Shown: positions 39,001 through 53,200, counted from the first letter of the stretch. The stretch: 64,000 bases of DNA from Hydrolagus colliei (GCA_035084275.1 CM068742.1:72602001-72666000), one strand, 5' to 3'. Numbers and translations are program-made. Notes: a model not told the origin generated them from the letters alone.

Positions 39001-42000
39001 GGAAACAATTAGATTTAAAGTTATATAACCACAAGTGGACTTTTGACAAGAAAAGCAAACAAACATAGCACAGAAATACTTCCAATGCTTTTCAGGTCAA
39101 CCTACTCCTTTCAAACAAGCAAAATCTATATTGATAATAATAATCCTTGCATTGATATAGCACCTTATCATGTGTTCAAGATGTCTCAAAGCATTTACAT
39201 ATTACAGTAAAAGCCCGTTTATCCGTGACCCGATCAACCGTAACTTTCGTATAACCAGCACCTCAAAAAAAAGCTCCCCATTCGAATAAACGGATATTTA
39301 TCCGGCACAATCACGGTGGCGCATTTAATGAGTCAATTGTCACACAAGAGTACAGTACAATTAGTTCTGAATGTTGCCGGTAGTGGCACTTCTGGTTTTT
39401 CATCTTAAAGGGAGAGAGGTGGGAGAGAGAGGGGGCGGAGAAGAGGGGAGAGAAAGGGGGGGTGAGTTGATTAATTTAGATGGAAAATGAGAGGGAGTGG
39501 AGGGGGATTGGGTTTGGAGCCATTGAGATGCCAGACTGACAGAGTGTGTGTGTGAAAGAGAGAGAGAGGGAAGGAGAGAGAGAAAGAAAGCAAAAGAGGA
39601 CAAAATCGACAGTAGCGCTTTAAGAGGAAAAAACTCTTCCATCTGCCATTGTAGAAGTTTGCTTTGTGATTGTGTGCTGTGTTTTTAGACTGTAATCGAT
39701 ATTTATTGCTTTATTGGTAAGTATCCATAAATATTTTGTTATTATTTAGTCTATTATTAATATGGTATGTTTAAAAAAAAACTTGCCACAACTTGCCGCC
39801 CGAATATCTGGAATGCCGTTTAACCGGCATTGGCAGGTCCCGAGGGTGCCGGATAAACAGGCATTTACAGTATACTGCATTTTGTGGGCAAAACGAGACA
39901 GCCAATTACATACAGTAATGCTCCACAAACAGTTGTGGATTGCATGACCAAATTATTATTATACTTATTATTACCCCTCCGTAAAACTGATCTACCAATC
40001 GGCAAACAACAGTATTTACTGCTGGGTGAATAAAGGTGTGTGAATTAAGAAAACTTGCCCAATGTTTCGCCCTGCTCAGGAATCAAACCAAGGTCCTCCA
40101 ATCAGGTTTCCGCCCTGCTCACAGCACAGAAACTGCCCTGGTTAAGGTCACTAATGACATCTTAACCGCCTGCGACCAGGGCTCCCTCTGCCTCCTCATA
40201 CTCCTTGACCTGTCTGCTGCGTTCGACACAGTCGATCACACCATCCTCCTCCAACGTCTTTCCTCCCACCTCAACCTTCAAGGCACAGTCCTTGACTGGT
40301 TCCATTCCTACCTGACCCACCGCCTACATTTTGTATCTTCCAACGGTTTCACCTCAAACCCCCGCAGTTTCTCACGGCGTCCCCCAGGGCTCTGTCCTTG
40401 GCCCCCTCCTTTTCACCATTTACACGCTCCCTCTGGGCGATGTCATCCGCAAACATGGGGTAAATTTCCACACGTATGCGGACGACACCCAGCTGTACCT
40501 TTCTGCCTCATCCCCCAACCCCCAGACCATCGATGTTCTGACAGCATGTCTGTCCGACATTGAGTCCTGGACGAGGGACAACTTCGTCCAATTGAACGTG
40601 AGCAAGACCGAGGCCCTCCTGATTGGCTCAAGCCAGCGCCTCCGCACATCGGGCGCTGCCAGCCTCAACATCCAAGGCTGTACTCTCCACCTCACAAAGC
40701 CAATCAGGATCCTCGGCATCACGTTCGACCATAAACTCTCCTTCCTCCCCCACATCCGTGCCTTAACCGGCACCGCTTATTTCCACCTGCGCAACATTGC
40801 CAGGCTCCGCAACTACCTCAGCCCCCACACTGCCGAAACACTCGTGCACGCATACATCACCTCACGGCTGGACTAAGGAAACTCGAGTTCAAGATCCTCG
40901 TACTCACTTTCAAGGCCTTACACGGCCTTGCCCCACCCTACTTAACCGATTTACTTTCCCCCTAAAAGCCCACCCGGACCCTCCGCTCAGCAGGTCTTGG
41001 CCTGCTCCAAGCCCCCCGCCCGAACCGCCCCACCAACGGAGGCCAGGCTTTCAGTTTCTCCGCTCCCACCCTGTGGAATTCCATCCCCCAATCCCTCTGC
41101 CTTGTTTCTTCCCTTTCCTCTTTCAAGGCCGGTTTGAAGACTTTCCTCTTCGACTGTGCCTTTTGTTCTCCCCCAAATTTTTCGACCTCCCCTACGTGTT
41201 TCACCCCTTCCCGAACACTCCACTCCCAGCTCGGATCACACGCCTCCTGTGCAGCGCCTTGGGACGTCCTCCCGACGTGAAAGGCGCTTTATAAGTTTAA
41301 GTTGTTGTTGTTGTAGTTGTCCTCTTGCTTGCGAGGAAACTGCTCTAACCAAAACTACAGGACCCCACACAAACCTATGCAACCACACAGGTCACTACGC
41401 CTACCAGATATTAGGGAAAAGATCTGCGTAGATATTTCCTGAACCCAAAGTTAATCAAGCAAAAACTCAAGGGTATGCATGCAAAGTCACATATTCACTA
41501 TTCAAACATGACTTCACTGATTCCAAACAAAGGATTCTTTCTACTCCTGCCTATTAGAAATCATTGGGTTTATTGGAGTACAGTAAAAGCTTGTTTATCC
41601 AGCACCCTCGGGACCTGGTCAATGCCGGTTAAAGCACCTGCCGGATATTCGGCCGAAAACGCGAAAATAAATAAATAAATAAAATTTCAGTGCATTTTTC
41701 CGGATAAATTACAGTTAATCGAATGCGGATTTTTTTTGCGATGACGGTTAAATGGAAGTTGCAGTTGATCGGGTGAAAGGATAAAGAGGCTTTTACTGAA
41801 TATTACTTTTCATGTGCTTCTTCCTCATTCTTATTCCTGCTGCTCATACCAGCAACTGTAGTTTTGAAGTTTGCAAAAAACATTCTAAAAATTACATTAT
41901 TGATAACTTGTATTTATTTATGTATTTGTATTTCACAAAATAAATCTCAAGCATCCCATTCTGTTTTACAAAATAAAAATTAGAGTCAGAAATGATGCAG

Positions 42001-45000
42001 CCAGCAAACTGGGTCACCACGTTCCCTAACAATGAGATAATTAACCAATTCACTGTATGCCCCCAAACCAAACAGGACTTCAAATGAGGTCTCACTAACC
42101 TCAATAATAATATTTTCATTTGATGTAGCATCTTATCACATCGTTTAGACATCTCAAAGCGCTTCACAGAAAATACTGTAAAGTGGACTGACTATTTTGT
42201 TGGTAAAATGCAGCACCAATTGCACACAGCTGTGTCACACAGTCGTGGATTGAGAGATCAAAGTTTTCTTTTTTTAAACTAGAGAACTAAATAACTATGA
42301 CTAAAGAAGCACCTCTGACTTCCATATTCCATGTGCCTTGAAACAAAGGTCAGTATTCATTTAATTTGTCTTATTCACTGCTTTCTGCACCAGTAAACTA
42401 GATTTTAATGATTTGTTAATCTGAATTCCTAAATTCTTCTGCTCATCTACCCTCTTGTACTTCCCCATTTAGAACAATCTTTCCACATTTGCACTTTTGT
42501 TCGCATAAAAGTCGAATTGAATCCTTATCAGCAACTTAAAGAAACCAACTCATTTTGCTCCATAAACAATGGTACTTAAAAAATCTATTGCTGGTCTGCT
42601 TTACTCATGCATGTGAATATAATTAAGCCAATTAACTTCCCAAACGCACCGATATTTGCCCAAATCACCATACAGTATTAATATTAAATAAGCAATTTAA
42701 AAATAGAAAATCTACGAATTTAAGACGGCCATAACAAGCACATTTTAATATATTCCAAAGAAGAAGCAGAGGTTTTACCTTGGCTGGAGCATGAATCCAA
42801 ATAGCAGGATTCAAAAGAATATGGTCACACAGTTGTTTAAGAAGATAGCCTCCATTCTGCAAATTACTCAGATACTTAGCAAAGGCCAAGCACAGGTCTA
42901 ATACGGCTCTGGTGATGTGAACTTTGGAGGACTACAAAGAGAAAAGAAAAAACATTCTCTTGGATCAATTTTGTTGCAATTCCAAATTGCTACAGCACCA
43001 ATAGTAATATGAAGAGTCAATGCTTAAGTTTAGTAATACTGTATTACACTTCCACTGGATTGTATTAGGAAAAATGTATTACATTGCACAAGAAGCATTA
43101 ATTACATTTTCCGCAAGAGTCGAGAAACTGTTTTAGAACAATCTACTGCAAGGAATAAACCACAAAGGTCTATGCTTAAGTTTACAACTATAAAAATATT
43201 CAAAATACCTCTTTATATTTTAAACACGTGTGCAAAAAAAAATATGCGTTCATATAGCAACTACCCCGTCCAATATGCAGGGTAGCATCCCTGAGCATAA
43301 CATCACTGTACATTACAATATACTGTTACAAAAGCTTGAAAATACATTACAATTTAAATTTAAATTAACAAGTCTTTGCGGCAGTTGTCTGCTGAAATAT
43401 AGTATGTCCACATTGTTAGAAAAAAAGTAATAGACAGGTCTTGACAGTTATCCGTTGAAAATGAAATGCATCCTTTTTGAAGAGATTTGGGACAAAAAAA
43501 TTGATGAGAAATAGAATGAAATAGATGAAATGGATCCTAAGTTTAAAGAACAACAAAGCAGCACAGAGGTAGGAGAATATAGGGTGCTATCAACCATTAA
43601 ATATGATTACATCAGTTTTCAGAAAGACCACTAGATGGGGCTTCCTGCCTGCGTGAAAAACAGTAGGACTACATTGTTGCCCACTCAGGCAACAGTACTC
43701 ATGAGGAAACTTTATAAAACACTGCTTAGGCCTCAACTGAAGTACTGTGTTCAGTTATGGGCACCACATGGGAAGGATGTCAAAGCATTTGGAGGGGGTG
43801 CAAAGGAGATTTACCCAGGATGGTACCAGCAATGAGGGACTTTAGTTATCAGAAGAGGTTAGAGAAGCTAGAATTATTCTCCTTGGAGCAGAGATTAAGA
43901 AAAGGCTGAATCAAAGTTTTCAAAATTATGGGGGGGATTCAATAGGTTGAACAAGGAGAAACTATTTGCACTGGCGAATGAGTTGGTAAACCGAAGACAC
44001 TGATTCAAAATAGTTTTTAAAAGAAACAGTGAAGAGAAATGTTTTCACACAGCAAATTGCTCAGATCTGGAATGCATTGCCTGAAATGGTGGCGGAAAAG
44101 CCGATTCCATAACATTTTTTAGAGACAAGTAGATGGTTATTTCAGGAGGATAGGTTTACAGGGCTATGGGAAGAGAGGGGCTGATTTGGACAGCTCTTTT
44201 CAAGGAGCTGACCCAGACATGATGAGCCGAATGGCCTCCTTCTATGCTGTATAATTCTATACATAAACTGAGCATTTATAAACGTTAATTTAAATATATA
44301 TTTAAAAATAGACAAGTATAGAGATGATATGGTTCCTTAGAATCTGTGCGGAGCCCATGTCAAGTTACACATTGTACAGTTTTTGCCGATACTTTTTGGT
44401 TATTTTTAAATGAACGAACAGCATAGCTCTGGGAATTCTTTGCATGAAACATGGCAGTACTGCAACATTACCTTTTCAAGGCTATATCCAATCACCAGAA
44501 AGCCCTTGCAGGAGAGGATCTGTTCCTGCATCGCCACAGAGTTTTTTAGTAACTCCATTATAAACGCCAAAAGAGTGGAACTAAATAACAAACAATTAGG
44601 TTAAAAATCAAATAGTTGTAAAGGTACAATAGAATTTAAAACATGAAATTACGTTTTACTGTATTATATTTGATGACAACTCAACCTGTCCAAATTGAAC
44701 ATTTAAGTAGCAAGTTGAAATTTTAGAAACGGTTCTGCTTAGAGTTAACATTTAGGGGCATTTGTGAAATGTAAACAGGTAGATTGTTAAAATATTTCAG
44801 ACTAGAGCCAGCACATTTCATTCAATCTTAGTTCATTTTCCCCAAACAGAATCCCTCCAGAACAATCTAAATCCAACTTGTGGAGAGACCTGGGTTCGAT
44901 TCTCAGCAGGGCGAAATGTAGGGCAAGTTTAATTACTCCACATGCCTGTTTACTTATCAGTAAGTAGGAACCCGGTTGTTAAGTCGATTGGCGGATCGCT

Positions 45001-47218
45001 TTCCCAGGGATAATAATCCCTCAAAAAAATTGTGATTTGGTCACTCAATCCATGACAGTTTGTGGGACCCTGCTTTGTGCAATTAGTGACCGCATTTTGC
45101 CCAGTCAATTCACATTACAGTCTATTCTGTGAAGAGCTTTAAGAAGTCTAGAACAGTGGTTCTCAACTTTTTTCAGCAATGTACCCCTTTGTTAATTTTC
45201 AATATTATCGTGTACCCACACCCCCTCATTGCACTTGCATTTTATGACCAAGCTTTTCTTATAAGAACTAAGAATTAGGAGCAGGAGTAGGCCATTCGGC
45301 CCCTCGAGTCTGCTCCACCATTCAATAAGATCATGGCTGATCTTCTCACCTAACTCTAATTACCTGCCCTATCCCCATATCCCCTAATCCCTCTATTTTT
45401 CACAAATCTATCAGTCTCAGCCTTGAAAATGTTCAAGGACTGAGCATCTACAGCCTTCTGGGGTAGTGAATTTATGAATTCCTCTGAGTGAAGAAATGTT
45501 TCCTCAACTCTGTTCTAAAAGGCTGACACTTAATTTTAAGACTGGCCCCTGGTTATAGATTATCCTACCATGGGAAACAGTCCCTCAGTGTCTACTTTAT
45601 CTAGCCCTTTAAGAATCTTATATGTTTCAATGAGATCCCCCCTCATCCCAGGAACTAACCTAGTGAATCTGTGCTGCACCCCCTCTAAGGCAAGTATGTC
45701 CTTTTTTAAATAAGGAGACCAAAACTGCACACAATACTCTAGGTGCGGTCTCACCAAAGCCCTATACAGTTGCAGCAAGACTTCCCTACTCTTGTACTCT
45801 AAACCTTTTGAAATGAACGCTAGCATGCTGTTCGCCTTCTTAGTTGCTTGCTGCACCTGCAAACTACCTTTTTGGGACTGGTATACAAGGACACCCAAAT
45901 CGCTTTGAACACTAACACTATCTAATTTCTCCCCCTCTAGAAAATAATCTATTCTTTTATTCTTGCTACCTAGGTGAATAATTTCACACTTGCTAACATT
46001 GAATTCCATCTGCCACCTACTTATCCACTCCCCTAGCCTATCTATATCTTGTTGCAATTTTTTTGCATCATCCCCAGAGCTCACTCTGCTACCTAGTTTA
46101 GTGTCATCTGCAAATTTAGACACATTACATTCAATGTCCTCGTCCAGATCATTGATGTAAATAGTAAATAGCTGAGGCCCAAGCACTGATCCTCGTATAA
46201 CAAAATAACTAGCATATACAAAACAAGGGGAATAACAATTAATTATACAATTATACAATTTGGAAGGCTGTAAAACGTTAAATAAGAGAGCTAAATAAAT
46301 CAATGCACCGCCACCTGTACTTCCTAATTATTTTTAAAAACACAATACATGCAATCCTGTCTGTCCTCACCACTAACTATCTAAATCATGCTGCTCCCCT
46401 TTTCAAAAAACAATTTGTTTTTTTTATTGCATAAATTTTGCGCGTCTCCAACTAATTACAATGCCTCAATACAACCAGCAATTTTACTTTGGATTGCTTG
46501 AATAAATAATCAGCCAGTGCAGACTGCGATAGGTCTTGTATTCACTTACCAGATTGTGGTGTCAATTTGGTCCGAAGAAGGCTGACTGTAGTCAAGTTGT
46601 GCAAACAATGGAAAAAGCACCTGGACACCACCAATTGAATGTATAGCACTTTGTATGGAATGTGTGACAACAGCTTTCACATCCTACGTTTTTTTTAATT
46701 GAAAGCGAAAATTAATGTACATACCTGAATGTGCAAAAAAAAACTTGCCTATACTATGTCAATATTTTCACATGACTGGAGTATTTAAAACAAACTAAAA
46801 TAATCATATATGTAACTGGACTTCCTAACAATGCAATGGCCTGGGTCTATCAATTGAATCGCATGTTATAACAGGTCTCATTACAAAAATGGTCAGCACT
46901 TCAAATCCACAGTATATACCAAAGCCTAACTGTAGTTGGATATTTTTAAACCGCTCCTAGATTAATTTAACACAAAGCTTTAGAACTCATCTGATCAGTG
47001 GTGTCTCAACAATAAAGTTGACATTGGCATCCAATTCTTCATTTGGACACTTCAATTCAAATTCATCTACTGCACTGTTAATATAACCATTAACAAGTAT
47101 CTGATGTTTTAATGGCTGCAAAACAAAGTAATTTTGGCAAAAATTACTTTGTGAACAATAAAGTTCATTTTCAACCAACTAAGTACAAGGGAGGGACACA
47201 CAGAGAACAAGTAAGATC

Positions 47219-47257
<39 letters not shown>

Positions 47258-50200
47258 AGAGCAAAAGAGATAGAGAGCAAGAATTGGCACCACTGTTATG
47301 GTACTACCCTAACAGTAAAACGCCTGCTAGAATAATTTTTAGTCAGCACTTTAGCTCATTTGTAATTTGCGTGATGTCCAATTATCCCCATCTGCAAAAT
47401 CCCAATTAGTGCAGATAATCAACTCTACTGTAATTAATTAGGGCAACCAGAGCAGAAAACATGCAGCAAGGCACAGATCACTTTCTGCTTTGAATTTGAA
47501 AATACTTGAGGAAAAGGCAGAGAAAGCAGTTCAGAGAAAGCAACCTCAAGACTAAGGATAAAGGACAATATGGGAATATTGTAAACTGATCATTACTGTT
47601 CTAACATTATCTTTTATAATTCACTGAAATCCATCAGTATACTTCAGTATCTATATTTTTACACACACATACTGAATACCCACACAATTTAATTTGTAAA
47701 TGTATTTCTTTGCCTGTTAAACTTTACCACACTTAGACTCTGATACTCCCTGTCCTCTACTGAGGTTCGGCAATCAATTATTTTTTCCAATAAAAAGTTA
47801 TTGGTTGTGCTGTAGTTTTACTGTACAGTGGATCTGCTGACAGAAATTGGAAAATACCTGAAGCATGAGAGCATGTGGTGAATGAACAAAAATAGATGGA
47901 TTATCCTTAGGAGATGACTCGAGACAAAGTTGAGCATCTGTAGCTTTTGGGTTGTACGTGAATGCAATGCTACTGGACAGCTTGCCATCATAGAGCAGAG
48001 ACTTGTGGTGTTCAGCAAGGAGCAGGTCACTTTCTGCTTTGAATTTGAAAATACCCTGGGAAAAGGCAGAACATTTTCACTTATAGTAATCCACCTCTTA
48101 TGTAAAATCCATGCGTTTTTACAAAACAGATTAACTCAAATGATCCGTAGCTAAATGGGACAGTCTGTTTTTTTTAATAAGTGTTCCATTTGCTAGTTGT
48201 GTTGCTGTTTAGCACAAAATACAGGTTAGGCTTACATATGTGCAACCAAACTCAAATAATAGTTCAGAGTTGTTGGATAACAAAGTAACAAATGTTCACT
48301 GTGGTAAACTTTAAATCTCATGGCTGTGTCATACCAAGTCTGACTTAGTACTTTTCGTACAACAATGCAAGCTGGTGGTTTTGAGTTCATTGCCAACTCT
48401 GTATTGATTTTAATCTAATTCCAGAGCAAAACAAGCAGAACTCTGTCCACGCACACCTTTAAGTCACACATAAAACTCATTAAACCTTCAGTTAAACTGC
48501 AGCCTGTGCAATGTCAATTAGTGTAAACAGGTATCATCTCTCTATTCTGAATTAGGTCCAAACATTGGCCCCTGAAACTTGTTCGTTCCATTGTAGAGTA
48601 TGCATTAATTAGGTGAAATTATGTAAATGCTGCACTTTGAAACTGAAAGACCTGATTCTGAAATCACTGCCTGTTGATATAAGTCATCATATGTCATTTT
48701 ATACTTTTTTTTAAAAAATCAGACATTTTTACAACATTTCTATACTAGAATACCTTATATCCAGGGCCAAGCTGGTATATTGCAAATATCTGTGCTGCAT
48801 TTAGAGCTTCAGCAAAGACATAAACTGCTCCAAGTTGCCCACAGAACACTCGATTGGCATCTGCTGTTTCTGAAGAGCCCAGGAAACATTTGTCAAATGT
48901 CTGAAAATGTAAGGCAGTACCATATATCAGTTACTGTTTAAAAATGTAGTACATTTCATGCAACATTTTCTTAACATGTTTCTTAACCAATCATGCAAGT
49001 TTACCTACTTATCAAGGGTTATTCATTTCTGAAAGATAGATCACCTCCATATACGGTTTGACATTTTACAATGGTTTGCCATCGCAAAGACATTCCCAAA
49101 TTGGAAGGTGGGAGAGGAAAGACAAAATAAAAGTTACAAAAAAGAAGCTTTAAGGATTTTTTTTTTAAACTATCGACAATGCATTAATTATTGAAGTATT
49201 CCCCTTTTCCCTCATCCAAAGACAAAAAGTACAACCTACCAATACAAAGCATTAGATCATTTTAACTTGGGAGGTTTAAATCTCATTGAAGAAACAAGAA
49301 GTACGGATCTTAAATAAATTGAAGAAAATTTAATTTCTACAATTGTGTCATAAAATGAACAATAAATTTCAATTTCTGAGAGAACCATGGGAAACATTTA
49401 TGAAAAGCTACAGCGACCATAATATTAATCCTTGCATTTGATGAAGTGCTTACACAATGTCAAAGCATCTCAATAAGAATTTCAGCGACTATTTGTAGGG
49501 AAACAGAGCAGCCACTTTGCACACACATACTTTGTATGGGTGAGGGTGTCTTATCAATCAATAGTACCCAGGAGTACAACAGACTTGTCTAGTCTAGGAA
49601 CCAAACTAACAAGATCACAAAAGAGAAATGACACAATTCTGATCTTATCGTCACTTGTGTCACCTTGGAGGCAACTTAGCCAATTAAATGCTAAAGAAAC
49701 CCTGTTATCCTCTCTGCTCCTCTCCCTCATTCTCCCTCCCAAGGATTGGTATAATACATCTGATGAGAATATTATATATATATATATATATATATGGGCG
49801 ATTCCACGGTAATGGGGTATACGAGTGTGACATAGAGGTCAGAAAATTAAATTGATTGCAGAACACTCATTTTTTGCACTTAAGTTCCCTAGAGACCACA
49901 CTGTATGTATCTTGTAAGAAATACATAACTTTTTTAACAGAATTATTTTTACACTTCAAAATGCTCACATTGTAACGCTGCAAAACAGCTGATTAGTCCT
50001 AATCTATCGGTGTTTATCCCTGTGGAGATCCCTAGAAATATCCCTGCAGTCGTTCAAAAAAACTCAATCAAAATCAGTAGAAATAATATAAAAACGTACC
50101 TTATTTGATAATCCATTTGCAGGAAACAAATCGTTCGCCCAATTTAATCACAATTTAAATGAATAGGTCTTGCTCGTAACTGTGGTAATGCGCGTAACAC

Positions 50201-53200
50201 CGCAGACAGACAGGTAACTCGCTCACCTAAACTACGTGAGGCAGCAATGCCAACCTCTAACTTTAAATTCACTACTTCTGGGTTACCGAACACGAAGCTG
50301 TGCGACCGTTTTTTTCTTAAAAACGTAATTCTGGGAGTTCCTAGCTGCGTTTCCATGGTAATTACGAACGTAGCCATTGGAGGACAGAACATCAAGTGTG
50401 AATTTTCAAAATGTCGCAGAGGTAAGCAATCTTCAACCTTATCAAAATAAATCTAACCACGAGGTAGATGCTTCATTACATTATTAATTGAGAGCAAAAT
50501 AGAATTTTTTTAAAAAGAAATTTAACCTGAAATCTTGTTTTCAACAGTCATAACTTTTTGGACAGACGGGGTTATGCGCGTGTAGCATTTTTTGAACGGG
50601 AAAAAACAAATATAATCAAGCTCTTGAATGACACAAAAACTTATCAGCTTTCTGTCTTAACTATTGATTTATGGATTTAGTTATATTTAATGATAGTGAG
50701 AGTTAAAAATATGATCTGAAATTAGTTTCAAAAGCAGCCTTGTTTGCCGTGTCACGTTTTAGAGGTCTCTAGATAGGGTGGACATGATCTTTAATTTATT
50801 GTCATTTTAAAAATAAAGCTATTTTAAAGCAAAGTTATCTTTTCTATCTCTTGAGAGTATGTTATCTATGATTTTCATGCTTTGAAAAAGAAATAATCCA
50901 CCCTTTCTCAGAAAATGGCATGCATATTTTGACTTGCTCAATGTACCCCATTACCATGGAATTGCCCATACATATATATATATATATATATATATGAACA
51001 CGCAAAGGGTGGATAGCAGGTACCAGGAACTCTTTGCATGCTGTATGGCAAGCAATACAATTCAGCATAAATTGTGAGGAGAATCGACCCCATTGTCTTA
51101 AACACACCCTTGGATACACATCACTACCTGTTGAAAGGTGATTCCACCGATTGAGGTGTGTAGCTGCTTACACCTCTGCAAACCAAACAAGGTGGGCACC
51201 AATCCAACTAAAGGTATGTTCAGGAATAAGGAAGAGGAATTCAAAACATTTCAAACCCGAGAAACATAACATTTTGCTTCTCCAATCCATGCTTCACGCA
51301 AAATAAATCAATCCTGAAGTATTTAACATTGCTTACCGGAATCAAATTTTACACTGAAATATTTATTGTGCATTCAGAAGATCACAAATTCCAGTTTAAA
51401 ACAAAGTTGTTTGCACACGTTATAGAGATCAAGTACAAATCCATCATAAAAAATAAGATACATTTCTTCAAATTGTAATTTAATTCTACTTACATCACTG
51501 GTATTCACAAGCCACGTGATCTCTCCAAAAGAAGCTAGTTCACCATTCACATAGCATCGGATCTCACTGTTTTTCCAGCGATTGTAGATGTGCACTATTG
51601 TCACCATATACCACTATAAGAAAATGGGTTATTTTAATTTTTGTAAAGTTTGAATACTGAACTTGTGGAACAGGCTCCCTCGGGAGACTGTTCAAGCAGG
51701 AAGTGTTGATTCTTTCAAAATACAGGTTAGATAGTTTTCTTTTAGGAAGTAAGTGCAGTAAAACCTTTGTTATCAGGCACCTTCAGGACCTGACCAGTGC
51801 CGATTAATCAAATATGCCGGATATTCGAGTGGCAAGTTGCCGAAAATCCAATAAAAAAATTAACTTATTTTAAAACATACCATATTAAAAAATAGACTAA
51901 ATAATAACAAATACTGTATGCATACTTACCCATAAAGCATTCCAACATACTTAGTAAAATGATCGGTAAAAAAGCATTCCAGCGTTTATTAAGTTTAATA
52001 AGTGTGCATGCGCCTATGGCTGGCACAAGTGTATTTGGCGCCCTAGGCGAGCCTTCAGATGTGCCCCTAGTAACTTTTGATAAGCTGATGTTTATACTAA
52101 AAATTAATACGAACGGCTTCCTTCGTCTCCCCACCCCCCACCCCACTCCACCCCGCCCCCCCGATAATGGTTGTTTTATTTATATTGTGCTTCAAGATAT
52201 CTATATATATGTAAAATTATTATTTAATTTGAAAAGTGAAGTAACCTTATTAATTGATTGAATCAATAGTAAAGGGCACGAGCAGCCTTGAGGGCAGGCC
52301 GTTAAAGTGAACTCAACCTAACGTGTGGGCGGAGCGTGAATGGCGCCCGTCTGATCGACGCGAGTGGCGACCAACGGGATGCCAGGTTGACGTGACTGGT
52401 GGAGACCATTAGCCAATCAGTGAACAGAGAGCAAGAGGGGGGTGGCGGAAGATCAGGTACTATTCCCCCAACTGTTGCAGTTGTTAATATGCTGATCAGG
52501 GCCGGCGCCCCCCAAATTTTGGTGCCCTAGGCAACCGCTTAGTTGGCCTAAAGGTAGCGCCGGCCCTGCATGCGCCACACATGTGCAAAGTGAGCATACC
52601 ATGAGTGTCCCAGATGGCTACAGTATGAGATCCGGTTGCTGGAATGGTGAATTGTATTGGGAGATACCGATTGGTTGAGTATGCCGTTTGGTTGGGTACC
52701 AGATAAACAAGGTTTTACTATAGTACACAGGTAGTTTGGGACATCTGTGCAAGCACCCACCAGGCAGGTGTAAAGCAAACTAGGTGGACCTTATTTTTTT
52801 TTGTCTACCATTTCTTACGTTCTTACAGCATAAACCTTGGTTCATTTTCTACAATTGTAATAATCCATTTCTACAGAAAAACATACAAGTTATACATTTC
52901 AGTTCTGGTTAGAGGTACGATTCTTTTTCTAAAACCATAATACAAATAGTTTGGGAAAAGTTCAGTCATATAGATTGCTGAACTGCAACTCGACCGCCAT
53001 TAACCCTTCTCTAATTAGCATTTTTGTAAACAAATTTCTCTCCAAGAGAGAAACAGCAGAATAACAATAACAAAAATTACATTTGTATGGCGACTATCAC
53101 ATCAGGACGATGCCCCAATGTGCAAAACAATCAGGGATTTGGACCCAAGCAGGGCGTTGGAATCACTAATTCATTTGCATGTAAGATTGCAGCGGTGGGA

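Larger units (their letters stand above)
39135..41378 (-). mobile_element. SINE split by two nested insertions (Tigger-like MITE and L2)
   Basis: Tail 39135-39204, body 39871-40094, head 41319-41378. Confidence 0.8.
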
